A DNA stretch of 64,000 nucleotides from Vicinamibacterales bacterium (GCA_035495955.1 DATJFE010000067.1:19972-83971); one strand, 5' to 3'; shown: positions 43,691 through 51,765, counted from the first letter of the stretch. The notes: generated by a model not told the origin, from the letters alone. A program made the numbers and translations.

Positions 43691-45792
43691 CGACCGAGCA
43701 TCCGCTTCACCCTGGCGACGTCGGCCGCGTATTGTGCGGGCGGAGCCTCCCGCACGAAGCGCTCGAGGTACGGCCGCGCCTCGTCATGCCGGCCCGCGGC
43801 GTCGAGCTCCACCGCAAGATTGTAGAGCGCGTCGAAATCGCTCGGCGACAGTTCCACGGCGCGCTTCCAGTGCGCGAACGCCTCGTCGCGCTTGCCGGCC
43901 TTCATCGCGACGACGCCGAGGCCGTTGTGCGCCCTGGCGGATCGGGCGTCGACGGCGAGGGCCTGTTCGAGCGCGCGCTGCGCTCCGGCGAGATTGCCGC
44001 GCTGCATCTCCAGCGTCCCGATATTCTCCAGCGCCTGAACGTTGGCGGGGCTTTCGTCGAGCGCGCGGTGGAACATGGCGTCCGCGCGGTCCGTTCGTCC
44101 GTCGCGCGCGTAGGCGATCCCGAGCGCGTTCAGCGCATCCGGATCCGCGTGCGTCTGCGACGCGAGCGGCTCGAGCAGCGCAATCGCGTCCGCGGGACGT
44201 CCCGCTTCGGCCAAATACGATCCGAGTTGCGTCGTCATGTCCGGTTCGATTGCGTCCGCGTGAAAGGCGCGCTCGAGCGTCTGGATCGCCGCGCGGGCCT
44301 GGCCGTTCTGCCACTGCAGGAACGCGAGATTCCGATAGCCGATCGCCATCGACGGCCGCTGCTCGATGATCCGTTCGTAGGTGCGCAGCGCCTCGTCCCG
44401 CCGCCCGTGCTGCCAGGCGTCGATGCCCTCCTGGATCCAGCGATCGAGCTGCGTGAGCTCCTTCGGATCGTCGTTCCGCGTGTAGTTCGCCCGCCGCGAC
44501 GCGCGGCCGGACGTGTAGCCGAGCGACTGCAGCTTTGCGGCAACCTCGGGCGCTTCGGCAACGCGTTCGCCCGGTGGCGCCGCATGGAAGTCTTGCAGCC
44601 TCGCTTCCAGAACACGCCGCCGGTCGGCGCGCTGATCCGCGAGGTTCGCCTTCTCGGAGGGATCGCGGTCCAGGTCGTACAGCTCCGGAATCGGCAGGTC
44701 GATGTACTTCTGGCGTCCCGCCACCACGCCCGACAGAGGCGCCCACCCTCGATTGAGCATGGCCGACATCGCTTCGAAGTACGACGCCACGTCGCCCTCA
44801 TTCGGCAGAGACGCGCCTGTCAACAGCGAGCGGCCCTGGAGGCCGGATGGCCGCGCGATCCCGACCGCATCGAGGAGCGTCGGCACGAGATCGATGTGAC
44901 GCGCGGGAAATCGGGAGACCGTCCCCGCCGTCGTCCGCGCGCCGAGCTGCGCGAGAATCAGCGGCACGCGCAGCGTCGTTTCGTACGCGAAGAGGCCGTG
45001 CGTCAGCTCGCCGTGATCGCCGAGCCCTTCGCCGTGATCCGACGTGATGACGAGGAACGTCGGACGGGACGATCGGCCGACCGCATCGAAGAGCGGCCCC
45101 AGCGCCTGGTCGACATAGGCGATCTCGCCGTAATACGGGCGGCCCGCGTATTCGGCGTCGAACGGCGCGGGCGGCGTGTACGGCGCGTGCGGATCGAAGA
45201 AGTGCACCCAGGCGAACCAGCGTCCCGGCTGGCGGCCGATCCACGCGAGCGCCGCGGCGACCACGTCACCGGCCGGCCGCTCCGCCAGCGTGAAGTCCGA
45301 CGAGCTGCCGCTCCGGCCGAAACGGTCGTCGTAGACGTCGAATCCGGCGTCGAGCCCGAAGGTTTTCGCGAGCGGAACGCCGCCGACGAACGCGCCCGTC
45401 GCAAAGCCGTCCTGTTTCAGCCGCGTCGCGATCGTCGCCGTCCCCGGCTTCATGCGATAGCCGCTGTGATCCCGAACGCCGTGCTCGTATGGATACAGCC
45501 CGGTGAGGATGCTCGCGTGCGACGGCCGGGTCAGGACTGCATGGGCGTGCGCGAAGTCGAAGCGGACGCCGCGGGCGGCGATCGCGTCGATGTTCGGCGT
45601 GTGGGCCTGGCCGCCGTAGACCGACAGCGCGTCGCCGCGGAGCGTATCGATCGTGACGAGGAGAACGTTCTGATCGGATCTGCGGGTGAGACTCGAGGAC
45701 TCGCGGCCGTGACAGCCCCAGGCCATCACGCCGAGCGCGATCGCGCCAAGCGCGCGCAGGGCCGCGCCCGTGCGGCCGAACGGCATCCTCAT
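43687..45792 (-). CDS. sulfatase-like (alkaline phosphatase superfamily) hydrolase/transferase with C-terminal TPR domain (paralog of the next gene)
   Basis: ...VLLVTIDTLRGDALSVYGG...NIDAIAARGVRFDFAHAHAVLTRPSHASILTG..., ...ITSDHGEGLGDHGE..., TPR tail. ATG 45792 or 45786 chosen (MRMPFGRTGAAL signal). The ORF extends to 45834. Confidence 0.85.
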   Translation of the reverse strand: MRMPFGRTGAALRALGAIALGVMAWGCHGRESSSLTRRSDQNVLLVTIDTLRGDALSVYGGQAHTPNIDAIAARGVRFDFAHAHAVLTRPSHASILTGLYPYEHGVRDHSGYRMKPGTATIATRLKQDGFATGAFVGGVPLAKTFGLDAGFDVYDDRFGRSGSSSDFTLAERPAGDVVAAALAWIGRQPGRWFAWVHFFDPHAPYTPPAPFDAEYAGRPYYGEIAYVDQALGPLFDAVGRSSRPTFLVITSDHGEGLGDHGELTHGLFAYETTLRVPLILAQLGARTTAGTVSRFPARHIDLVPTLLDAVGIARPSGLQGRSLLTGASLPNEGDVASYFEAMSAMLNRGWAPLSGVVAGRQKYIDLPIPELYDLDRDPSEKANLADQRADRRRVLEARLQDFHAAPPGERVAEAPEVAAKLQSLGYTSGRASRRANYTRNDDPKELTQLDRWIQEGIDAWQHGRRDEALRTYERIIEQRPSMAIGYRNLAFLQWQNGQARAAIQTLERAFHADAIEPDMTTQLGSYLAEAGRPADAIALLEPLASQTHADPDALNALGIAYARDGRTDRADAMFHRALDESPANVQALENIGTLEMQRGNLAGAQRALEQALAVDARSARAHNGLGVVAMKAGKRDEAFAHWKRAVELSPSDFDALYNLAVELDAAGRHDEARPYLERFVREAPPAQYAADVARVKRMLGR

Positions 45793-46110
45793 GCTGGGCG
45801 GCGACGACGCACAACGCAGAGTCACAGAGGTCACTGAGACGCACGGAGGACGATCTTTGTGCGTCGGCAGGCTGTCGCGTTGCTCGGGCCGGCGGCAAGC
45901 CTCACGATCGGTCCCACCGTGGGGAAGCGCCTTCGCCTAGACGACACGGGGATCAGACGCAGTCGCCGCACGCGTGACCAGTCGTGAGGCCATTGACCGG
46001 CCGCGGCGGGCTCACCCTCTGATCTCTGTGCGTCTCTGTGCACTCCGCGCCTCTGTGTTGATCTGTTCCGTTGACTTCACAACCACGCGCGTCGGTCGGA
46101 ATTCAAAAAG

Positions 46111-46116
46111 TATAAT
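46111..46116 (+). promoter_or_regulatory. TATAAT box 9 nt upstream of the ATG of the next gene (possible leaderless or very short leader)
   Basis: aaaaagtataatccagcggtgATG. There is no Shine-Dalgarno sequence between the box and the start. Confidence 0.35.
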
Positions 46117-46125
46117 CCAGCGGTG

Positions 46126-48546
46126 ATGTCGAGCCTTCACTCCGGGACCGTTCTCGCGAGCGCCGCTGCGCTGGCGATCTTGGCCACGCCGGCGTTCCAC
46201 GGCGTGGCGCGAGCCGCTTCGAGCGGGCAGCCGGCGCAGCGCGCCTCGGCGGCGACGCGGACCGGCATCGATCTCGCCAGGCTCGACGCCATTCCGGCGA
46301 TCGTCGAGCAGGCAATCGCCGACAAGAAGCTGCCCGGCGCGGTCATACTCATCGGCCGCGGCGATCGTGTCGTCTATCGGAAAGCGATTGGCCGCCGCGC
46401 CGTCGAACCGTCGTCCGAGCCGATGACGCTCGACACCATGTTCGACCTCGCGTCGCTGACGAAAGTCGTGGCGACGACGACGAGCGTGATGAAGCTCGTG
46501 GAGGAGGGCAAGATTCGTCTGAGCGATCGCGTGTCGACGTTCGTTCCCGGTTTCGAGCGCCACAACAAGACGGACATCACGATCCGCCACTTGATGACGC
46601 ACACCTCCGGTCTGCGTCCCGATCTGGATCTCGCCGATGCATGGAGCGGATATGACAAGGCGATCGAACTGGCGATCGACGAAGCGCCGACCGCGCCGCC
46701 CGGCGAGCGATTCGTCTACAGCGACATCAATTACCTTCTGCTCGGCGATATCGTGAAGCGCGTCGGCGGTATGCCGCTCGAGCGGTTTGCCGCGAAACAC
46801 GTGTTCGCGCCGCTCGGGATGAGCGACACGATGTTCCGGCCGCCGGCGGCCCTCGCGGCGCGCATCGCCCCGACCGAGCGGGTCGACGGCCGGATGCTCC
46901 GGGGCGTCGTGCACGATCCGACCTCGCGCCGGATGGGCGGGGTCGCCGGACACGCCGGGCTCTTCAGCACGGCGGCGGATCTCTCGATCTTCTGCCGCAT
47001 GCTGCTGAACGGCGGACGCTACAACGGCGTCCGGGTGCTGGCCCCGTTGACCGTCGCGAAGATGACGGCGCCCGCGAGCGCGCCCGGCGATCCGAACGTC
47101 CGCGGGCTCGGCTGGGACATCGACTCGTCGTTCTCCGCGAACCGCGGCGAGCTGCTGCCGATTGGATCGTACGGCCACACGGGCTTCACCGGGACGTCGA
47201 TCTGGATCGATCCGGCGACGCGCGAGTTCGTCGTGTTCCTTTCCAACCGCGTGCATCCCGACGGCAAGGGCGACGTGACGCCGCTGCGAGCCCGGATCGG
47301 AACGATTGCCGCGGCCGCCATCACCGACGTGGCGCCCGACATCGCGCGCACGCGGCCGATGACCGGCCGCGACTTCGGCGCGTCGGGCCCCGCGCCCGCT
47401 CGGCCGAAGACGGGCCCCGTGCTGACCGGACTCGACGTGCTCCGGGCCGGCGGCTTCGCGCCGCTGCGCGGGAAGCGCGTCGGCCTCGTTACCAATCAGA
47501 CCGGCCTCGCGCGGGATCGCGAGACGACGATCGACCTGCTGTTCAACGCGAAGGACGTCAGGCTGGCGGCGCTCTTCAGTCCGGAGCACGGCATCCGCGG
47601 CGTGCTCGACGCGAATGTGCCCGCCGAAGTGGACGAGAAGACGAAGCTGACGATCAACTCGCTCTACGGCGAGACCGAGAGGCCGACCGCCGCCATGCTC
47701 GAAGGGCTCGACGCGATCGTCGTCGATCTGCAGGACATCGGCGTGCGCTTCTGGACGTACGCGACCACGACGGCCTACGTGCTCGAAGAAGCCGCGAAGC
47801 GCAGGCTCCCGGTGTTCGTCCTGGATCGGCCGAACCCGATAGACGGCTGGCAGATCGAGGGGCCGGCGCTCGACAGGGAGTCGAGCGGCTTCACCGGCTA
47901 TTTTCTCGCGATGCCGATCCGGCACGGGATGACGCTCGGCGAGCTGGCACGCCTCTACAACGCGGAAAACAAGATCGGCGCGGATCTCACCGTCATCGGC
48001 ATGAAGAACTGGCGGCGCGACGACTGGTTCGACGAGACCGCGCTGCCCTGGATCAACCCCTCGCCGAACATGCGCAACATGAACGCGGCGGCGCTCTATC
48101 CGGGCATTGGCGCGATCGAAGGGACCAACATCTCGGTCGGCCGCGGCACCGACACCCCGTTCGAGCACGTCGGCGCGCCCTGGATCGACGGCGCCCGGCT
48201 GTCCGACACGCTCAACGGGCGGGCGCTGCCGGGCGTCCGCTTCTATCCCGTCCGCTTCACGCCGGCGTCGAGCAAGTACGCCGGCGAGTCGTGCGGCGGC
48301 GTCTTCATCATCGTGACCGATCGAACGGCGCTGCATCCCGTGCGCGTCGGGCTCGAGATCGCCGCCGCGCTCAACCGGATGTATCCGGCGCAGTATCAGC
48401 TCGAGACCGCGGCGCGCCTTCTCGGCTCGCGCGAAACACTCGCACGGATCAGGAACGGCGACGATCCGGCCGCGATCGCGGCGTCGTGGGCGCTCGCGGA
48501 ATCGAAGTGGCGATCGTTGCGTTCCAGATATCTCCTCTATCCGTAG
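46126..48546 (+). CDS. fusion protein: N-terminal beta-lactamase-fold serine hydrolase (AmiE/AmpH-like) + C-terminal DUF1343/NamZ-like exo-beta-N-acetylmuramidase domain
   Basis: Signal-like N-terminus. SxxK motif DLASLTKVV, YSDIN, HTG in GSYGHTGFTGTSIWIDP. Then ...TGLDVLRAGGFAPLRGKRVGLVTNQTGLARDRETTIDLLFNAKDVRLAALFSPEHGIRG... is typical of DUF1343. Confidence 0.85.
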   Translation: MSSLHSGTVLASAAALAILATPAFHGVARAASSGQPAQRASAATRTGIDLARLDAIPAIVEQAIADKKLPGAVILIGRGDRVVYRKAIGRRAVEPSSEPMTLDTMFDLASLTKVVATTTSVMKLVEEGKIRLSDRVSTFVPGFERHNKTDITIRHLMTHTSGLRPDLDLADAWSGYDKAIELAIDEAPTAPPGERFVYSDINYLLLGDIVKRVGGMPLERFAAKHVFAPLGMSDTMFRPPAALAARIAPTERVDGRMLRGVVHDPTSRRMGGVAGHAGLFSTAADLSIFCRMLLNGGRYNGVRVLAPLTVAKMTAPASAPGDPNVRGLGWDIDSSFSANRGELLPIGSYGHTGFTGTSIWIDPATREFVVFLSNRVHPDGKGDVTPLRARIGTIAAAAITDVAPDIARTRPMTGRDFGASGPAPARPKTGPVLTGLDVLRAGGFAPLRGKRVGLVTNQTGLARDRETTIDLLFNAKDVRLAALFSPEHGIRGVLDANVPAEVDEKTKLTINSLYGETERPTAAMLEGLDAIVVDLQDIGVRFWTYATTTAYVLEEAAKRRLPVFVLDRPNPIDGWQIEGPALDRESSGFTGYFLAMPIRHGMTLGELARLYNAENKIGADLTVIGMKNWRRDDWFDETALPWINPSPNMRNMNAAALYPGIGAIEGTNISVGRGTDTPFEHVGAPWIDGARLSDTLNGRALPGVRFYPVRFTPASSKYAGESCGGVFIIVTDRTALHPVRVGLEIAAALNRMYPAQYQLETAARLLGSRETLARIRNGDDPAAIAASWALAESKWRSLRSRYLLYP

Positions 48547-48548
48547 CG

Positions 48549-48597
48549 TCGGTCATCGGTCATCGGTCATCGGTCATCGGTCATCGGTTGTCGGCCA
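48549..48597. repeat. heptamer tandem repeat tcggtca x5 perfect + 2 variant, between convergent stops
   Basis: Counted unit by unit: 48549, 48556, 48563, 48570, 48577 (perfect), 48584 tcggttg, 48591 tcggcca. It starts 3 nt after TAG 48544-48546. Confidence 0.95.
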
Positions 48598-48605
48598 TCG
48601 TCCCG

Positions 48606-49031
48606 CTACACGGCCGGGTACAGCCGATACAGCATGAAGTACACGACCACGCCGGTCACCGAGACGTACATCCACAGCGGAAGCGTCCAGCGCGCGATTG
48701 CCCGGTGCCGGTCGTAGCGCGCCGAGAGGCCTCTCGAGAGAGTGATCAGCACGAGCGGGACGATCGCCGCCGCGAGGAACGTGTGAGTGATCAGGATGCC
48801 GAAGTAGACGACGCGGACGACGCCCTGGCCGGCGAAATGCTTCGAGCCGATGTGCGCGTGATAGACGAGGTACGAGATCAGGAACAGGATCGACGTGCAG
48901 AACGCCGCAATCATCACCGCGCGATGCGCGCGGTAGCGGCCGCGGCGAATCAGGATCCAGCCGATGGCGAGCAGGACGGCCGCGGTCGCATTGAGCGTCG
49001 CGTTCACCGCCGGCAGGTCAGAGAGAGTCAC
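48606..49031 (-). CDS. DUF420 domain-containing membrane protein
   Basis: MTLSDLPAVNATLNATAAVLLAIGWILIRRGRYRAHRAVMIAAFCTSILFLISYLVYH... 141 aa, 4 TM segments. This family is commonly found next to heme-copper oxidase assembly genes. Confidence 0.8.
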   Translation of the reverse strand: MTLSDLPAVNATLNATAAVLLAIGWILIRRGRYRAHRAVMIAAFCTSILFLISYLVYHAHIGSKHFAGQGVVRVVYFGILITHTFLAAAIVPLVLITLSRGLSARYDRHRAIARWTLPLWMYVSVTGVVVYFMLYRLYPAV

Positions 49032-49052
49032 GATATCGGGCGATGACCCGAT

Positions 49053-49901
49053 TCATGTGAGCCTGTCGGCGATCATCAGGATCCAGAGCAGCGGCAGGTA
49101 CGTGATGGATCCGAAGAACACGCGGCGGGCGTCGCGGATCGAGCGGGTGCGCGCGAATCTCAGGGTCAGCGCGAGGAAGGCGAGGCCGAGCACCAGCGCG
49201 CCGGCGAAATACGCGTCCGCCGTCATGTGCAGGAGCGTCGGCGCGAGGCTGACCGGCACGAGGGCGGCCGCGTACACGACCGCCTGGCGCCCCGTGCTCC
49301 GGCCGTCCGGCTCGATCACCGGCAGCATCTGAAAACCGGCGCGCGCGTAGTCGTCGCGGTACATCCAGGCGATCGAGAGGAAGTGGGGGAGCTGCCACAG
49401 GAACATGATGCCGAAGAGCACCCACGCCTTTGCCGGGAGCTCGCCCGACGCCGCGGCCCAGCCGATGATCGGCGGGAGGGCGCCCGGAATGGCGCCGATG
49501 ACGGTGCCGAAGGAGCTGCGCCGCTTCAGCGGCGTGTAGATCGCCACATACGTCGTCAGCGTTGTCAGCGCGACCGCCGCGGCGAGGACGTTCGAGGACG
49601 CGGCGATCATCAGCGCGCCGGCGATCGTAATGGCGCTGGCGAACAGGACGGCTTCGATCGGCTGCAGCCGCTGATCCGGCAGCGGCCGCGTGCGGGTCCG
49701 CCGCATGAGCGCATCGAGATCGCGCTCGAGCACCTGATTGAACGCCGAGGCGCCCCCGGCGACCAGACCCGTGCCGAGGAGGAGGCCGAGAATCCGCAGC
49801 GCCCCGAGCGGCTCGCCATCCGCCATGCCGTAGCCCACCAGCGTCGACGCCACGACGAGCATGTTCAGCCGCGGCTTTGCCAGCGCGACGAAATCGAGCA
49901 T
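49053..49901 (-). CDS. ctaB: protoheme IX farnesyltransferase (heme O synthase)
   Basis: MLDFVALAKPRLNMLVVASTLVGY...ASAFNQVLERDLDALMRRTRTRPLP... is UbiA-family. ATG 49901 is chosen so that it does not overlap ctaA; ORF start 49979 is an alternative. Confidence 0.85.
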   Translation of the reverse strand: MLDFVALAKPRLNMLVVASTLVGYGMADGEPLGALRILGLLLGTGLVAGGASAFNQVLERDLDALMRRTRTRPLPDQRLQPIEAVLFASAITIAGALMIAASSNVLAAAVALTTLTTYVAIYTPLKRRSSFGTVIGAIPGALPPIIGWAAASGELPAKAWVLFGIMFLWQLPHFLSIAWMYRDDYARAGFQMLPVIEPDGRSTGRQAVVYAAALVPVSLAPTLLHMTADAYFAGALVLGLAFLALTLRFARTRSIRDARRVFFGSITYLPLLWILMIADRLT

Positions 49902-49939
49902 GCGGGCGCGCGAAGCCGGAATCGCGACGGCGTCCGTTC

Positions 49940-50959
49940 TCACGATCGCGCCTCCGCCGCCGCGGAAGCCGCAGAACACGCGGAACCCGCGGAACCCCGG
50001 ACCCCCGGAACTGTGGCACCATGAAACGCGGAAAGCCCCCGGAACACGCGCAGCGACAAGACCAGCGACGTCCCCAGAACCAGCGCTCCGTTGACCACGT
50101 GCGCGGTGTTGATCAGCACATCCCTGCCGCTCCAGATCACGAACGCGCCGAGCGCGATCTGCACAACCACGAATGCCACGAGCGCGGTCACGGTACGTTT
50201 CAGACCCGGACGGCAGCTATGGCGACGCCAGATCCGCGCGGCCGTGGCCAGAACGAGCAGCGTCACGACCCCGGCACCCACACGGTGCGCGAAATGGATG
50301 GCGATGTGCGGGTTCCAGGACGGCGGCAGCAGGTGTCCGAACGACAACGGAAAGTCAGGAATCGCCAGACCCGATCCCGTGTGCCGCATCGTCGCGCCGA
50401 GCAGGATCTGCACGTAAATCGCGGCGGTGGTCGCGGCTGTCAACCGCCGCAGCGACGGATCGTCGACTGGCGACTCGGCGTCCCGCCACGTCTGCGACGT
50501 CACAACGGCCAGCGTCAGCGTCAGGCAGAAGAACAACTGGGCGAGCGCGGCATGTCCGGTGGAAACCGCGGGCGGCAGGAAGAACAGCACCGTGATTCCG
50601 CCGAGCACTCCCTGCAGGACTACCGCGCCCAGGCACGCGACGCCGAGCCAGCGGACCCAGCGGCGGGTTTCGATGCGCCAGGTCCAGATCGCGAGAATGA
50701 TGGTCAGGAAGCCGACGCTGCTCGCGATGAGTCGATGCGAGTGCTCGTACCGCACGCCGCCTACCATCTTGCTCAGGGGGAAGGCGAACATGTTCAGGCC
50801 GTAGGTCGTGGGCCAGTCGGGAACCGACAGGCCCGAATCGGTGCTCGTGACCAGGCCGCCCGCCGCGATCAGCACCACCGTGCACGCCGCCACGAACTTT
50901 GCGTAGCGGTGGTGCCACACGATCGAGGCTCGAGGCTCGAGGTTCGAGGTCATCGACAC
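49940..50959 (-). CDS. ctaA: heme A synthase (COX15/CtaA family)
   Basis: ...VLIAAGGLVTSTDSGLSVPDWPTTYGLNMF...YEHSHRLIAS...FAHRVGAGV... with 8 TM segments. GTG 50959 (aagg 7 nt upstream) or ATG 50953. Both termini are encoded by short tandem repeats. Confidence 0.85.
   Translation of the reverse strand: MSMTSNLEPRASIVWHHRYAKFVAACTVVLIAAGGLVTSTDSGLSVPDWPTTYGLNMFAFPLSKMVGGVRYEHSHRLIASSVGFLTIILAIWTWRIETRRWVRWLGVACLGAVVLQGVLGGITVLFFLPPAVSTGHAALAQLFFCLTLTLAVVTSQTWRDAESPVDDPSLRRLTAATTAAIYVQILLGATMRHTGSGLAIPDFPLSFGHLLPPSWNPHIAIHFAHRVGAGVVTLLVLATAARIWRRHSCRPGLKRTVTALVAFVVVQIALGAFVIWSGRDVLINTAHVVNGALVLGTSLVLSLRVFRGLSAFHGATVPGVRGSAGSACSAASAAAEARS
49962..50011. repeat. gcggaac-type short repeat inside the 3' tail of ctaA
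   Basis: gcggaagccgcagaacacgcggaacccgcggaaccccggacccccggaac encodes VPGVRGSAGSACSAAS on the minus strand. Confidence 0.7.
50924..50951. repeat. heptamer repeat cgaggct x4 inside the first codons of ctaA
   Basis: cgaggct cgaggct cgaggtt cgaggtc encodes (M)TSNLEPRAS on the minus strand. Confidence 0.85.
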
Positions 50960-50963
50960 ACCG

Positions 50964-51743
50964 TCAGCCTTGCGCCTTGAACGTGAAGGTGATCTCTTTC
51001 TTGTCCTTCTCGCCGAGCGTGATCGCCTGCGTCTGGCGGCCGAGCTTTTCGTGCACGGCTTCGATGGTATACGTCCCCGGCGGCACCGTGCGCAGCTCGA
51101 ACTTCCCGCCGTTGGCCGACACGGCGAAGTACGGATGATCGACGACGCCGATGTAGGCGTTCATCCACGCATGCACGTCGCACTTGAACGGAATCAGCAC
51201 TTCAGGCGTGGTGAACGTGACCGTGTTCTTGAGTCCCGCCACCATCTGCCCGAAGTTGAATTCGCGGTTTGATTCCGGCATGCCGTGGATGTTGTGCATC
51301 GTATTGTCGTTGTTCACGATCTCCAGCGGCTGCGTCGTCCGGACGCCGAGCACGTGCGGGACGTAGTGGCAGCCGGTCTGTTCCAGCTTCACGGGCTCGG
51401 TTGGCGTGTCGAAAATATACTTGTTTCCGAGCCCGTCCTTTATGTAAACGAAGACGTTCTCGAGGCCGCCATCGTCGACGACGATCCTTTCAGATTTCAG
51501 GTCGCCCTTGTTCGCCTGCGTGCACGCTGGATCCGACGCCGTGCTGATGACCGGCGCCTGCGGCGGCGTGCCTTCGAACACCACTTTGCCGGTGATGGTC
51601 GACGCCGTTTTCTCGTCCACCTTTTTCGCGTCGGGCGCCGCGGCCGGCGAGGATGGCTTCCCGGACTTGCTGCTGTCGGATCCGCAGGCGGCGACGGCTG
51701 CGCAGACGACAACCGCCGCTAACACTCGATAGAGACGAGACAT
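50964..51743 (-). CDS. cupredoxin-like (type-1 copper site) lipoprotein with C-terminal carboxypeptidase-regulatory-like beta-sandwich
   Basis: Lipobox AAVAAC. Candidate ligands H in NTMHNIHGMP and C-x2-H-x2-M in FKCDVHAWM. The tail ...GKFELRTVPPGTYTIEAVHEKLG resembles a CarboxypepD_reg fold. Confidence 0.7.
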   Translation of the reverse strand: MSRLYRVLAAVVVCAAVAACGSDSSKSGKPSSPAAAPDAKKVDEKTASTITGKVVFEGTPPQAPVISTASDPACTQANKGDLKSERIVVDDGGLENVFVYIKDGLGNKYIFDTPTEPVKLEQTGCHYVPHVLGVRTTQPLEIVNNDNTMHNIHGMPESNREFNFGQMVAGLKNTVTFTTPEVLIPFKCDVHAWMNAYIGVVDHPYFAVSANGGKFELRTVPPGTYTIEAVHEKLGRQTQAITLGEKDKKEITFTFKAQG

Positions 51744-51765
51744 AACCTTCTACGAATATCACAGA

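Noticed and set aside
46071-46116. TTGACT (46071) plus TATAAT (46111) as a sigma-70 promoter pair
   Set aside because: The spacer is 34 nt, far from the 16-18 nt optimum. Only the -10-like box is retained, at low confidence.
19676-48336. Very long antisense ORFs (for example 19676..21544 -, 21523..24078 +, 32024..34219 -, 41507..43825 +, 43627..45837 +, 46012..48336 -) and N-terminal extensions of ORFs 23346..24821, 25137..26948, 25895..28384, 28672..29733
   Set aside because: Each overlaps a gene with clear family motifs on the other strand or in another frame. Their translations are R/A/G/P-dominated without recognisable domains. This is a typical open-frame artefact of about 70% GC DNA.
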